A stretch of DNA of 64,000 nucleotides, from the NCBI GenBank assembly GCA_963731615.1, contig CAVSWD010000005.1:218203-282202 (forward strand), written 5' to 3'. Shown here one piece after another: positions 7,202 through 17,791 of the stretch; the first letter of the stretch is position 1; each line of letters opens with the position of its first letter. This stretch comes from an uncultured Gaiellaceae bacterium (lineage in GTDB: Bacteria; Actinomycetota; Thermoleophilia; Gaiellales; Gaiellaceae). Under the pieces are notes generated by a model. It made no database searches. It was given only the letters and a program-made list of their open reading frames with translations, and was not told the origin of the DNA. Position numbers and translations under genes: made by a program.

Positions 7202-9418
7202 AGAGCGATGTCGTCCGGCCGCACGGGGATCCGCGCCAGCTCACGGCCGGTCGCGGCGCGCAGGGCCGACACGACCGCGGCCGACGAGACCACGGTCGGC
7301 GGCTCGCCGACGCCCTTGACGCCGTAAGGAGCATCCGGCTCGGGATCCTCGACGAGCACGCTCTGGACCGGTGGCATGTCGAGCGCCGTCGGTATCAGGT
7401 AGTCGGTGAAGCTCGCGTTCGTGATCAGGCCGTCGCGCGTGCGGATCTCCTCCATCAGCGCGAGGCCCAACCCCTGTGCAGTGCCGCCCTCGATCTGCCC
7501 TTCGACGGCGAGCGGGTTGATCGCCTTGCCCACATCCTGCGCCGTGCCGATCCAGACGACGCGGGTCAGCCCAAGGTCGACGTCGACCTCGGCGACCACT
7601 CGCATGGCCGCGACGGCGAAGGAGACGTGGGCGCGGTCGCCGGTGATCTGGCCCGTCTCGGGATCGAGCGGGGTCGTGCGGAGATGGCGGTAGATGCGCT
7701 CGACGTCCACCTCACCGGCGGAGCGCTTCCGTTCCTCGAGCGCGGCACGGCAGGCATCGCGCACCGCCCCCGCCGCCATCCAGGTCATGCGGGAGGCCGA
7801 CGCGGACCCGGCCGAGCCGACCGCCGCCGTGCCGGGCGGTGCGAGCACGACCGCGTCGGTGCCGAGCTCCGTGCGCGCCACCTGCAGGATCACGTCGGTG
7901 ACGCCCTGGCCGACCTCGGCAGCTGCGCAATGGATCTCGGCGGAGCCGTCGGCGCGGAGGATCACCCGGGCGGAGGCGAAGTCGTCGAAGCCTTCGGAGT
8001 AGCAGATGTTCTTGAACCCGACCGCGAAGCCGACGCCGCGCTGCACTCCCTCGCCGCGAGTCGTGTTCCCGGCGCCGCCCGGCAGCCGGATCGCCTCTCG
8101 GGGCAGCTGCTCGGGCTCCGGTACCGGCAATTCGGCGGCGCGCCGGATCACCTCGGCGGTCGGAAGCGAGCCCTCGATCACCTGGCCGGTGGGCAGCGTG
8201 TCGCCGGTGCCGAGAGCGTTCAGGAGCCGGAGCTCGACGGGATCGATCCCGAGCGCCGAGGCCAGCTTGTCCATCTGCGCCTCAACCGCAAAGCACGTCT
8301 GCACGGCGCCGAAGCCGCGCATTGCCCCGCAGGGTGGGTTGTTCGTGTAGACGCAGGTCGACTCGATCAGCGCGTTCGCGACGTTGTAGGGCCCAATCGC
8401 GAAGCAGGCTGCGTTCGAGGTGACCGCGGTCGAGCTCGAGGCGTAGGCGCCGCCGTCGAGCAGGATCCTCATCCGAACGTTGACGAGCTCGCCCGCCCGG
8501 GTCGCCCGGTGCTCGCACCAGATCCGCGCCGGGTGGCGGTGCACGTGGCCGAAGAAGGACTCCTCGCGGTTGTAGACGATCTTGACCGGCCGCTTCGTGT
8601 GCAGCGCCAGCAGCGCGCCGTGGATCTGCATCGAGAGGTCCTCGCGGCCGCCGAAGGCGCCGCCGACCCCCGCGAGGTGGATGCGAACGAGCTCGGGCGC
8701 CAGCCCCAGGCACGGGGCGACCTGGTCGCGGTCGATGTGCAGCCACTGGGTGGCCACGTAGATGTCCACACCGCCTTCCCCGTCCGGGACGGCCAGGCCC
8801 GACTCCGGGCCGAGGAACGCCTGATCCTGGATCCCGATCTCGTAGACGCCGCTGACCGTGACGTCACCGTCGGTCTCGGGGTCGCCGTGCCGGAGGACCA
8901 TGTGCCGGACGACGTTCGGGCGGTCGTCCTCGCGGTAGCCGTGCGCCATCGTCGGCCGATCGGGGTGGAGCGGCGGCTGCTCGGTCGCGCGCTCCATGTC
9001 GACCACGGGCTCGAGCAGCTCGTACTCGACGCGCACCGCGGCGACGGCGCGGCGGGCCTGCTCGATCTCGTCGGCGGCGACGAGCGCGACGGGCTCGCCG
9101 TAGTAGCGAACGCGCTCGGCCGCCAGGACCGGCTGGTCGGCGAACTCGAGCCCATAGGTCTTCTGGCCCGGCACGTCCGCGTGCGTGAGGACGGCGTGCA
9201 CGCCGGGCATCCGCAGCGCCGCCGAGATGTCGAGCTCGACGATCTTCGCGTGCGCGTGCGGGCTGCGCACGGTCACGCCCCAGAGCATCCCGGCGGCGTG
9301 CAGGTCGCTCGAGTATGCGAACTCTCCGGTCACCTTCGGCACGGCATCGCTGCGCGTGCCCGCGTCTCCCACCCGCGCCAGCTGCAGCTCGGCCTGTTGC
9401 TGCTGGGTCGTCGTCAAG
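7198..9418 (-). CDS. Xanthine dehydrogenase family, molybdopterin-binding large subunit
   Basis: 740 aa intact; KVTGEFAYSSD, GGAFGGRED, GFGAVQ motifs. TTG start overlaps the 2Fe-2S subunit stop (TTGA). Confidence 0.9.
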
Positions 9419-9869
9419 GGCGGGCCGCCAGCCTGACGGCGTCGAAGATCTTCGCGTAGCCCGTGCAGCGGCAGAGGTTGCCCGAGAGCTCCTCGCGGAT
9501 GACGTCGTCGCTCGGCTGCGGGATCCGCTCGAGCAGCGCCGCGGTCGCGACGACGAGACCGGGGGTGCAGAAACCGCACTGGACGGCGCCCGCATCGACG
9601 AATGCCTGCTGCACGCGGTGAAGGCCGTCGCCCGCGCGAAGGCCCTCGACCGTCGTCACCTCGTGCCCGTCCGCCTGGGCCGCGAGCACGAGGCACGCGC
9701 AGACGAGCTCGCCGTCGAGGAGGACCGAGCAGGAGCCGCACTCGCCCTGTTCGCAGGCGTTCTTCGAGCCGGGAAGGTCGAGCGAGTCGCGCAACGTCGT
9801 CAGGAGACTCTCGCCCGCCCAGACGTCGGCCTCCCGCGAGTCACCGTTGACGGTCAGCCGGATCTTCAC
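9414..9869 (-). CDS. (2Fe-2S)-binding small subunit of xanthine dehydrogenase family enzyme
   Basis: CEQGECGSCSV and CGFCTPG...CRCTGY cluster motifs. Confidence 0.9.
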   Translation of the reverse strand: MKIRLTVNGDSREADVWAGESLLTTLRDSLDLPGSKNACEQGECGSCSVLLDGELVCACLVLAAQADGHEVTTVEGLRAGDGLHRVQQAFVDAGAVQCGFCTPGLVVATAALLERIPQPSDDVIREELSGNLCRCTGYAKIFDAVRLAARP

Positions 9870-9879
9870 GCGAGCCCTG

Positions 9880-10671
9880 TCATGCGAGAACCCTGTCCAG
9901 GGCGCGCTTCGTCAGGATGCGGAGCGCATGCCGGCGGTAGTCGGCGGTCCCGCGCACGTCGTCGATCGGGCTTGCTGCCGCCGCGACGAGCTCGGGGAAC
10001 TCGGCGCGCGCATCGAGCGGCGCGACGACGAGGGCGGGTACGGGGCCGGCCGAGCCGTAGGCCGCGCGGAGCTCGCCGCGCTCGCGGTCGGCAAGGACGG
10101 CGAGCGAGCACACCGCAATCACCATCGCGTTCCGCGGCCCGACCTTCATGAACGTCTGCGGCCGGCCGCTCGGCGCGAGCCGCACTGCGAGCACGAGCTC
10201 GTCCTCGGCGAGGGCGTTCCGCTTCGGGCCGAGGAAGAATTTGGTCAGCGGCAGCGTCCGAACGCCCCGCACGCTGCCGATCTCGACCTCCGCGGCCTCG
10301 ACCAGCAGTGGCGGGTGCGCGTCGCCGGCAGGGGACGCGGTGCCGAGGTTGCCGCCGATCGTGCCGCGGTTGCGGATCTGCGGCGAGCCGACGGTGCGCG
10401 AGGCCTCGGCGAGCGCGGGCAGCAGAGCTGCCAGCTCCGGTCGCATCGCCTCCGCGTACGTCAGCCCGGCACCGAGCCGGACGCTCCCGTTCTCGCGCGC
10501 CCATCCCTTCAGCTCCGGCACCTCCGCGAGGTTGAGGATTGTGTCCGGTCGAGTGCGGTCGAAGTTGAGCTCGACGAGAAGGTCGGTGCCGCCCGCGATC
10601 GGACGGGCGTCGGGGCGCTCGGCCTTCCAGCGAAGCGCCTCCTCGAGAGTGCGCGGAGTGATGACCTCCAC
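9880..10671 (-). CDS. FAD-binding (CoxM/XdhB-like) subunit of xanthine dehydrogenase family enzyme
   Basis: IAGGTDLLVE and RNRGTIGGNL motifs; GTG start at 10671. Confidence 0.85.
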   Translation of the reverse strand: MEVITPRTLEEALRWKAERPDARPIAGGTDLLVELNFDRTRPDTILNLAEVPELKGWARENGSVRLGAGLTYAEAMRPELAALLPALAEASRTVGSPQIRNRGTIGGNLGTASPAGDAHPPLLVEAAEVEIGSVRGVRTLPLTKFFLGPKRNALAEDELVLAVRLAPSGRPQTFMKVGPRNAMVIAVCSLAVLADRERGELRAAYGSAGPVPALVVAPLDARAEFPELVAAAASPIDDVRGTADYRRHALRILTKRALDRVLA

Positions 10672-10732
10672 TAGATGGTTGACCGGTGATCGGCGTGCTC
10701 GACCATCTTGGACAAAGATACGGTATGCAGCC

Positions 10733-12068
10733 ATGAAGTCCCTGCTCGCCGGTGGCCACATCGTCACGCTGGACGACGAGGGAACCGAGCACCAGAGTGG
10801 CTGGATCCTCGTCGAGGACGGCTTCGTGACCGAGGTCGGGGCCGGGGCTGAGCCGGAGGCGGACGAGCGCCAGTCGCTTGCGGGAGCCGTGGTCACACCA
10901 GGCCTCGTCAACACGCACCACCACCTCTACCAGACGCTCACGCGGGCCCGGGCGCAGCAGGCCACGCTCTTCGAGTGGCTCGTCGAGCTCTATCCGACGT
11001 GGGCGCAGATCGACGCCGAGGCCGAGTACGCCGCCGCGCGCACCGGGCTCGCGGAGCTGATGCTCTCGGGCTGCTCGACCGTCTTCGACCACCACTACGT
11101 CTTCCCGCGCGGGCGCTCGGGCTTCGTCGAGGCCGAGGTGCAAGCAGCCGGAGAGCTGGGCTGCCGGATCGTCGCCTCGCGCGGATCGATGGACCTGGGT
11201 GTCTCAGACGGCGGTCTCCCGCCCGACGAGCTCGTGGAAGAGATCGACGCCGTCCTTGCCGATACCGAGCGGCTAGTGGCCGAGCTGCATGAGCACGGGC
11301 CAGGCGCGCGCGTCCAGATCGCCGTCGCGCCCTGCTCCCCGTTCTCGGTCACCGGCCGGCTGATGACGGAGTCGGCCGAGCTTGCACGCCGGCTCGGCGT
11401 TCAGTTGCACACCCACCTGGCGGAGACCATGGAGGAGGAGGCGTACTGCCAGGAGCTCTACGGCTGCACGCCGGTCGAGTACCTGGACGGCCTCGGCTGG
11501 CTCGACGGCGACGTCTGGTGCGCGCATTGCGTCCATCTCTCCGACGCGGAGATCGGACGCTTCGCCGCGACCGGGACCGGCGTCGCCCACTGCCCGACGT
11601 CGAACCTGCAGGCTCGGCGCCGGCGTCGCGCCCGTGCAGGCGATGACGGCTGCGGGAGTGCGCGTTGGGCTCGGCGTCGACGGCTCGGCCTCGAACGAGC
11701 GCAGCGACATCTTCCACGAGGTCAAGCAGGCGCTGCTCGTCGCACGCGGGCGCGGCGGGCCGCAGGCGATGACGGCGCGCGAGGCGCTCCGGCTCGCGAC
11801 GCGAGGCGGGGCGGCGGTGCTCGGGCGGGACGACATCGGCGCGATCGCGCCCGGTCGGTGTGCCGACCTCGCCGTCTGGGCGACGGACGGGCTCGAGCTG
11901 GCCGGGGCCGCCGACCCGGTGGCGGGTCTCGTCTTCGCCGGCACCCACCGAGTCGACCGTCTCTACGTCGGCGGCGAGCTCGTCGTCCGCGGCGGCGCGC
12001 TCGTCCGCGCGGACGAACGAGAGATCGCGAGCACGCACCGCGCACAGGCCGTTAGATTCGCTCCGTGA
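10733..12068 (+). CDS. 8-oxoguanine deaminase-like amidohydrolase; frameshift near 11610
   Basis: NTHHHLYQTLTR, HTHLAET, ...CPTSNL|RLGAGVAPV...GVDGSASN. A single extra base (ctgc[a]ggctc) separates the two frames. Confidence 0.8.
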
Positions 12069-12352
12069 TCTCGCTTTCGACGCACGTCCTGGATACGGCG
12101 GCCGGAAGCCCCGCGGAAGGAGTGCTGATCGTCCTCTACCGCGGCGACATGTTCATGAAGGAGGCCCGCACGGACGACGACGGCCGCGCGACGCTGGGCG
12201 ACGGCCTCGATCCGGGGACGTACAGGCTCGTCTTCCACCCCGTCTCGCCGTTCTTCAAGCGCGTCGAGTTCGAGATCAGCCTCGCGGAGGGCCACTACCA
12301 CGTCCCGCTCCTCGTCTCCCCCTACGCGTGCGCGAGCTACCGCGGCAGCTGA
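12065..12352 (+). CDS. uraH: 5-hydroxyisourate hydrolase (transthyretin-like)
   Basis: STHVLD start motif and C-terminal YRGS signature. Confidence 0.9.
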   Translation: MISLSTHVLDTAAGSPAEGVLIVLYRGDMFMKEARTDDDGRATLGDGLDPGTYRLVFHPVSPFFKRVEFEISLAEGHYHVPLLVSPYACASYRGS

Positions 12353-12747
12353 GCGCCGAGGAGCTGACGCGGCTGTTCTCGGGGCGCACGCGGCTGGTGG
12401 ACGAGCTGGCGCAGCGCGAGGATCCGCTCGGCGTCGCCGAGGAGGTGGCGCTTGGGCTTCCGGAGGCCGATCGGGTCGCGGCGCTCGCGACCCATCCGCG
12501 GATCGGCGAGCCCTCGGACGAACAACGGGGCGCGGAGCCTGAGGTGCTGGCGGAGCTGGCGCGGCTGAACGCGGAGTACGAGTCGCGCTTCGGCTTCGAG
12601 TTCGTCGTCTTCGTCGACGGGCGCTCGCGCGGCGAGCTGCTGCCGGTGCTCCGCGACCGGCTCGAGCGCACGCGCGAGGAGGAGCTGGAGACCGGAATCC
12701 GCGAGCTGGTGGCGATTGCGAGGAGTCGGTGGACACCGACTACCTGA
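12328..12747 (+). CDS. uraD: OHCU decarboxylase (short form); start uncertain
   Basis: THPRIGEPSDEQRG and FGFEFVVFVDGRSRGELLPVLRDRLE motifs. Candidate GTG at 12328 overlaps the uraH 3' end. Confidence 0.7.
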   Translation: MRELPRQLSAEELTRLFSGRTRLVDELAQREDPLGVAEEVALGLPEADRVAALATHPRIGEPSDEQRGAEPEVLAELARLNAEYESRFGFEFVVFVDGRSRGELLPVLRDRLERTREEELETGIRELVAIARSRWTPTT

Positions 12748-13886
12748 GAGACGTCGCCGACCTCGTCCTCCGGTTCCTGCACGTCGTGGCGGGGATCGCG
12801 TGGATCGGGGCGTCGTTCTACTTCATCCGGCTCGACCTCGGGCTGAGCCCGCCAAAGGACTCGGCCGACGCGGAGCGTGGCGTCGCCGGCGAGTACTGGG
12901 GCGTGCACGGCGGCGGCTTCTACCACTCGCAGAAGTACAAGGTGGCGCCGCCCGAGCTGCCGTCGCACCTGCACTGGTTCAAGTGGGAGGCATACACGAC
13001 CTGGCTCTCCGGCTTCGCGCTCCTGCTCGTCCTCTACTGGCTCGACGCGGACACGCGCCTGGTCGATCCGGCAGTGGCCGACCTCACCGCCTGGCAGGCC
13101 GCAGGGCTTTCGGCCGCGGGACTCGCGCTGGCGTGGGCTGATCTACGACGCGGCCTGCCGGCTGCTGCGCGACGACCGCCTGGTCGCCGTCGCGGTCGCG
13201 GTGCTGGTGACGCTCTCGGCCTTCGCGGCCGGCGAGCTGTTCGCGGCGCGCGCCTCGTTCCTCCAGGTCGGCGCGATGCTCGGAACGATCATGGCCGCGA
13301 ACGTCTTCTTCGTGATCATCCCCGCGCACTGGGAGCTCGTCCGCGCGAAGCAGGAGGGGCGAGAGCCCGATCCGGCGCCTGGCCTCCGCGCCAAGCAGCG
13401 CTCGGTGCACAACAACTACCTGACGCTGCCGGTCGTCTTCACGATGCTCGCCGGGCACTTTCCGCTCGCGTTCGGAGCCGACAACGCCTGGCTCGTCCTG
13501 CTCGCGATCTTTGCGCTCGTGGTGGCGATCCGGCACTTCTTCAACCTCTGGCACGTGGGCAAGCGGCCCTGGTGGATCCTCGGCGCGGCGGCCGCCGGCG
13601 CGGTCGCGCTCGTGTTCGTGCTCGCTCCGGAGGACGTGGTGACGACCGGGTCCACGGTCTCCGACGGCCGAGGCGGCTGCGATCGTCGTCGCAGCGCTGC
13701 GCCGGCTGCCACTCGGGGATCTCGGCGCCGCTCGGAATCCGGCTGGCTGGGGTCGACCAGGTCGTGCGGCATGCGGGGCAGATCGAGGCGCAGGTGAGCT
13801 CGGGCGCGATGCCGCCCGGCAACGTCACGGGCATGACGGACACCGAGCGCGCCGAGCTCGTCGCCTGGGCCGCGGCGCAGGGGTAG
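12729..13886 (+). CDS. puuD: Urate hydroxylase PuuD (polytopic membrane protein with C-terminal cytochrome c domain); frame interrupted near 13136, 13667 and 13693
   Basis: HVVAGIAWIGASFYFIRLD..., ...SVHNNYLTLPVVF..., C-terminal RCAGCHS...MPPGNVTGMTDTERAEL. The pieces must be joined across three frames. Confidence 0.75.
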   Translation: MDTDYLRDVADLVLRFLHVVAGIAWIGASFYFIRLDLGLSPPKDSADAERGVAGEYWGVHGGGFYHSQKYKVAPPELPSHLHWFKWEAYTTWLSGFALLLVLYWLDADTRLVDPAVADLTAWQAAGLSAAGLALAWADLRRGLPAAARRPPGRRRGRGAGDALGLRGRRAVRGARLVPPGRRDARNDHGRERLLRDHPRALGARPREAGGARARSGAWPPRQAALGAQQLPDAAGRLHDARRALSARVRSRQRLARPARDLCARGGDPALLQPLARGQAALVDPRRGGRRRGRARVRARSGGRGDDRVHGLRRPRRLRSSSQRCAGCHSGISAPLGIRLAGVDQVVRHAGQIEAQVSSGAMPPGNVTGMTDTERAELVAWAAAQG

Positions 13887-13895
13887 GCTCCGGCG

Positions 13896-14303
13896 GTGCT
13901 CGAGATCACCGCCGCCGGGATGCGCTTCGTCGCGCGCTGGGAGGACGAGCTGGCGCCGCAGACGGTCGCCGCCTTCAAGGCGATCCTGCCGCTCGACGAC
14001 CGGATCATCCACTGCCGCTGGAGCGGCGAGTCGAACTGGATCCCCTGGGGCGACCGCGACCTCGGCATCGGCCCCGAGAACGCGACCAGCTACCCGCATC
14101 CGGGCGAGCTCGCGCTCTACCCGGGCGGCGAGAGCGAGACGGAGCTCCTGTTCCCGTACGGCTACTGCTCTTTCGCGAGCAAGGCGGGGCACCTTTGGGC
14201 GAACCACTTCGCCACGCTCGTCGAGGGCCAGGAGCAGCTGAAGGAGCTGGGCCGGCTGACGCTCTGGGAAGGCGCGCAGGCGATCTCGTTCCGCGAGGTC
14301 TGA
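13896..14303 (+). CDS. DUF3830 (cyclophilin-like fold) protein
   Basis: 135-aa intact ORF, ...IIHCRWSGESNWIPWG...; the family assignment is from memory. Confidence 0.65.
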   Translation: MLEITAAGMRFVARWEDELAPQTVAAFKAILPLDDRIIHCRWSGESNWIPWGDRDLGIGPENATSYPHPGELALYPGGESETELLFPYGYCSFASKAGHLWANHFATLVEGQEQLKELGRLTLWEGAQAISFREV

Positions 14304-14304
14304 C

Positions 14305-14670
14305 GTGGCCTCGGTTCGGTATCTCGTCGCCGATGTCAACGCGGCTGTCGCCTTCTACGTCGACCACCTCGGCTTCGAGCTCGAGCGACGGATGGGCCCG
14401 GCGTTCGCGATTGTGACGCGGGAAGGCCTGTCGTTGTGGCTGAGCGGCCCGCGCAGCTCGGCGGCGCAGCCGATGCCCGACGGCCAACAGCCGGAGCCGG
14501 GCGGCTGGAATCGCCTGGTCGTCGAGGTCGACGCGATCGAGGAGATCGTCGAGAGCCTGCGAGGCGAGGGTGCGCGCTTCCGCAACGAGATCCTGGCAGG
14601 CGTCGGCGGGAAACAGATCCTCGTTGAGGATCCCTCCGGGAACCCAATCGAGCTGTTCGAGCCCGACTGA
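14305..14670 (+). CDS. VOC/glyoxalase family protein
   Basis: FYVDHLGFE...ILVEDPSGNPIELFEP. Confidence 0.8.
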   Translation: MASVRYLVADVNAAVAFYVDHLGFELERRMGPAFAIVTREGLSLWLSGPRSSAAQPMPDGQQPEPGGWNRLVVEVDAIEEIVESLRGEGARFRNEILAGVGGKQILVEDPSGNPIELFEPD

Positions 14671-14674
14671 GGCG

Positions 14675-15019
14675 CTAACTCTCCAACCGGAGGTCGAAGC
14701 CGGCCGGGGCGTGGATGTTCACCATCCGCACCGGCTCGCCGGTCCGGTTCGCGAACGTGTGCTCGACGCCGGGAGGGACGAGGACGAACGTCCCGGGGCC
14801 TGCGACGACTTCCTCACCGTCGACGCCGAACGTCAGCTCGCCTTCGAGGATGTAGAACGCGTCGTCCTCGGCGGTGTGCGCGTGCTTCGGCGGCCCGTCC
14901 CGGTTCGGCCCGATCGTGATCACCGCCAGGTTGAAGCGCGGCGTGTCCGCGCTCCGGGCGAGGAACTCGACGTTCCCGACCCGGTGCCCCTCCCCCGGCT
15001 TGACGACGACGGCTCGCAT
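14675..15019 (-). CDS. Cupin domain protein
   Basis: HAHTAEDDAFYILEGEL...VPPGVEHTF cupin motifs. Confidence 0.8.
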   Translation of the reverse strand: MRAVVVKPGEGHRVGNVEFLARSADTPRFNLAVITIGPNRDGPPKHAHTAEDDAFYILEGELTFGVDGEEVVAGPGTFVLVPPGVEHTFANRTGEPVRMVNIHAPAGFDLRLES

Positions 15020-16011
15020 CAGCCCGCCAACCTTCTCAACGCGCCGGTGAGCGCGTCAACGGCGAGCGCTATGTCGTCGGGTGAGCTGAGCTCGTCGGGA
15101 TGGTGGCTGACGCCGCCGTTGAGGCTGCGGACGAAGAGCATTCCCGACGGCACCCCGGCCGATGCCAGGATGCCGGCGTCGTGGCCCGCCCCCGACGGCA
15201 GCTCGAGCACCGGCAAGCCAACGGCCTCGACCTCGGCCCGCAACGCCGAGCGGACCTCATCGGCCATCTGCGAGGGCTCGGTACGCATCGGCTCCTCGAT
15301 CTCGAGCGCAGCCGCAAGCCGGTCGAGCCGCTCTGCGTCCGGCGCCCGCGCGTCGACGCTGACCGTGACGCGGCCGGGGATCACGTTCGTCCCGCCCGGC
15401 TCGACGGTCACCTGGCCGATCGTCGCGACGGCGCCCTCGATCCCGAGCGCGACCTCGCGTGCATGGAGGACGAACTCCGCCGCCTGCACGAGCGCGTCCT
15501 CGCGAACGTCCATCGGGGTCGTGCCGGCGTGGCCGGGCGTGCCGGTGAACGTGCGGCTGCCACGGACGTAGCCGACGATCGCCGTGACGACGCCGAGCGG
15601 CGCATCGGCGCGCAGCAGGGTCGGACCCTGCTCGATGTGGAGCTCGACGTACACGTCCGGCGGAGAGGTGCAGGCGCGGCTGCCGGTGCAGCCGCGCTCC
15701 TCGTCGCGGAAGACGACCACGCCGAGCCCCGGCAGGCCGAGCCGCTCGACCGCCTCCAGCCCGGCGACCACGCCGAGCGTGCCGTCGAAGCGCCCGGCGC
15801 CGGGAACGGTGTCGAGGTGCGAGCCGGTCCAGATCTGCCGTTCGCCGCCCGCGATCCGGCCGATCAGGTTGCCGCCCGGATCGACCTCGACCTCGAGCCC
15901 GGCCTCGCGCATCCAGCCGGCCGCGAGATCGTGCGCCGCCTGCTCCTCCGGCGAGTAGCCGATCCGGTCGCCGAGGGAGGCCAGCTCGTCGAGGCGCTCC
16001 AGGATCCGCAC
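15019..16011 (-). CDS. M20 family allantoate amidohydrolase / carbamoylase-like hydrolase (short, 330 aa)
   Basis: GSHLDTVPGAGRFDGTLGV, ELHIEQGP, GHAGTTPM, GAGHDAG motifs. Confidence 0.8.
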   Translation of the reverse strand: MRILERLDELASLGDRIGYSPEEQAAHDLAAGWMREAGLEVEVDPGGNLIGRIAGGERQIWTGSHLDTVPGAGRFDGTLGVVAGLEAVERLGLPGLGVVVFRDEERGCTGSRACTSPPDVYVELHIEQGPTLLRADAPLGVVTAIVGYVRGSRTFTGTPGHAGTTPMDVREDALVQAAEFVLHAREVALGIEGAVATIGQVTVEPGGTNVIPGRVTVSVDARAPDAERLDRLAAALEIEEPMRTEPSQMADEVRSALRAEVEAVGLPVLELPSGAGHDAGILASAGVPSGMLFVRSLNGGVSHHPDELSSPDDIALAVDALTGALRRLAG

Positions 16012-16020
16012 GCCCGGAAC

Positions 16021-16585
16021 CTATCGCGGCCGCAGCCCCGACTGATCCAGCTCGGCGGCGATGAGCGCGTCGTATCGCTTCGCCTCCAGGTCGCCGAGCG
16101 GATCCTTGGTGTAGCGCAGCAGCTCGCCGTAGGGCAGACCGAAGGCGGCTCGCATCGCGATCAACTCGCGCCGGGCCGCCGATTCCGGCTCGACGGAGGA
16201 TCCGCGCCGCAGCGTTCAGCCGCCGCACCTGCCGCACGCGCGGCGGCAGCAGCCAGAGCAGGAGCAGGCCGGCCGGCAGCGCGAAGAAGAGGATGCCGAG
16301 GAGGTTCGCGAGATCGTGCGCCGCACCGGCTCCGCCGCGGCCGAGATCCTCGGCCTCGCCTCCGGTTCCGGCACCGGCGTCCCGCAGCGCGTCGCCCAGC
16401 TCGTCGCCGATCAGCGGCGTGCCGTCGACGGCCTCGGCAGCGGCGTCGAAGCCGCCGCTGACGCCCTTGCCCGCCGTCTCGACGCCTTCGCCCAGCACCG
16501 CGAGCTTGTCGACGGCGTCGTGCACCTCGAGCCCGATCTTGGCGAAGATCACGAGGGACAGGAGCAACGCGAGGTCGCGCGCCAT
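16021..16585 (-). CDS. Hypothetical membrane protein; frameshift near 16200
   Basis: N-terminal TM MARDLALLLSLVIF, a second TM LLGILFFALPAGLLLLWLL, and a C-terminal part ...ESAARRELIAMRAAFGLPYGELLRYTKDPLG... in another frame. Confidence 0.5.
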
Positions 16586-16646
16586 CAGGTCGATCCGCCG
16601 CGACGGTTGGTCGGGATAGAGGCGCACGTCTCGTGCGTACCCGACT

Positions 16647-17790
16647 TCAGCGCGATACAAGCGGACGCAGCAACCAGGCGCCGACGAGCGGAAAGAGCGC
16701 CGCCAGCGCGAACGCGACGCCCCAGGACGTCGCCGAGACGGCGGCGGCGAACGCGATCGGCGCGGCGACGCCGATGCCCGACAGCACGGTCTGCTGGAAG
16801 CCGATCGCGGCGCCGCTGCGGCGGCCGCCGAGCTCAGCGGCGATCGTGAACGAGAGCCCGTTCCACGCCATCGAGAGCCCCGTTGCGAGGACGAGCGCCG
16901 GCACGAGCAGCCAGCCGGGCGCGTCGACGAGCAGCGCGACCACGGCCAGCGTCACCGCGACCGCTACCCCGACCCGGCGCAGCGGGCGCACCCGCGAGCC
17001 GAGCACGTCCGACCAGCGCCCGACGGCGATCCGCAGCACGGCCGCAAGCCCCTGGCCGACTGCGAAGACTGCAGCCGCCTGGCCGGTCGAGTAACCGTGC
17101 TCGTCGTAGAGGAAGAGGACGACGAAGCCCATCATCGCGACCTGGGCGACGAGGTAGAGCCCGCTGCCGAAGCAGGCGAGCCAGAGGCGGCGGTCGCGCA
17201 GCGTCATCTCGACGTCGTCCGGATCGAGGTGCTCCTCCGTGCCGGAGCGGAGCACCAGCGCTCCCGCGAGCGCGCCGGCGAGCACGAACGCGGCGACGAA
17301 GAGCAAGCCGGCCTTCGGCGTCTCGAGCAGAGGCAGGACGAGCGCCGCAATCGCGCCGCCGATCGGGACGGCGGTCTGGCGGACGCCGAGCGCGAGCCCG
17401 CGCTCGCGGGCGGCGAACCAGCGCATCACCGCCCGGCCGCTGCCGGACTGGACGCTGCCGCCGGCGATTCCCGGCCAGGCCGAGGTAGACGACGAGCCAC
17501 TCGAAGCTCGGGGCGTACGCGGCCGCGGCGAGGAAGCCGGCGCAGACCGTGAGCCCGCCCGCGACCGTCCAGCGCTCGCCGAAGCGGTCGACCGCGTAGC
17601 CCCAGGGCAGCAGCGCGAAGGTGAGCCCGATCCACTCGGCCGAGAGCACGATCCCGATCTCCGTCAGGCTGAGGTCGTACTCGTCGCGTAGCGCGGGTGC
17701 GAGCACCGCGATCGCGAACGAGATCGACGAGAAGCTCGCCTGGGCCGCGGTGCCCGCCGCGAGGACGGCCCAGCGGTAGCTCAGGGTTGC
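16647..17790 (-). CDS. MFS transporter; frameshift near 17470, true start not resolved
   Basis: TM-rich pieces ...YRWAVLAAGTAAQ...DRFGERW... and MMRWFAARERGLALGVRQ... join at ...GLAG|IAGGSVQSGSGRAV.... Confidence 0.75.
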
Positions 17791-17791
17791 C

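Noticed and set aside
6442-9459. 1005-aa ORF on the plus strand
   Set aside because: It is antisense to the well-supported xanthine-dehydrogenase large-subunit and 2Fe-2S genes. Its Arg/Ala/Gly/Asp-rich low-complexity translation is typical of high-GC shadow ORFs.
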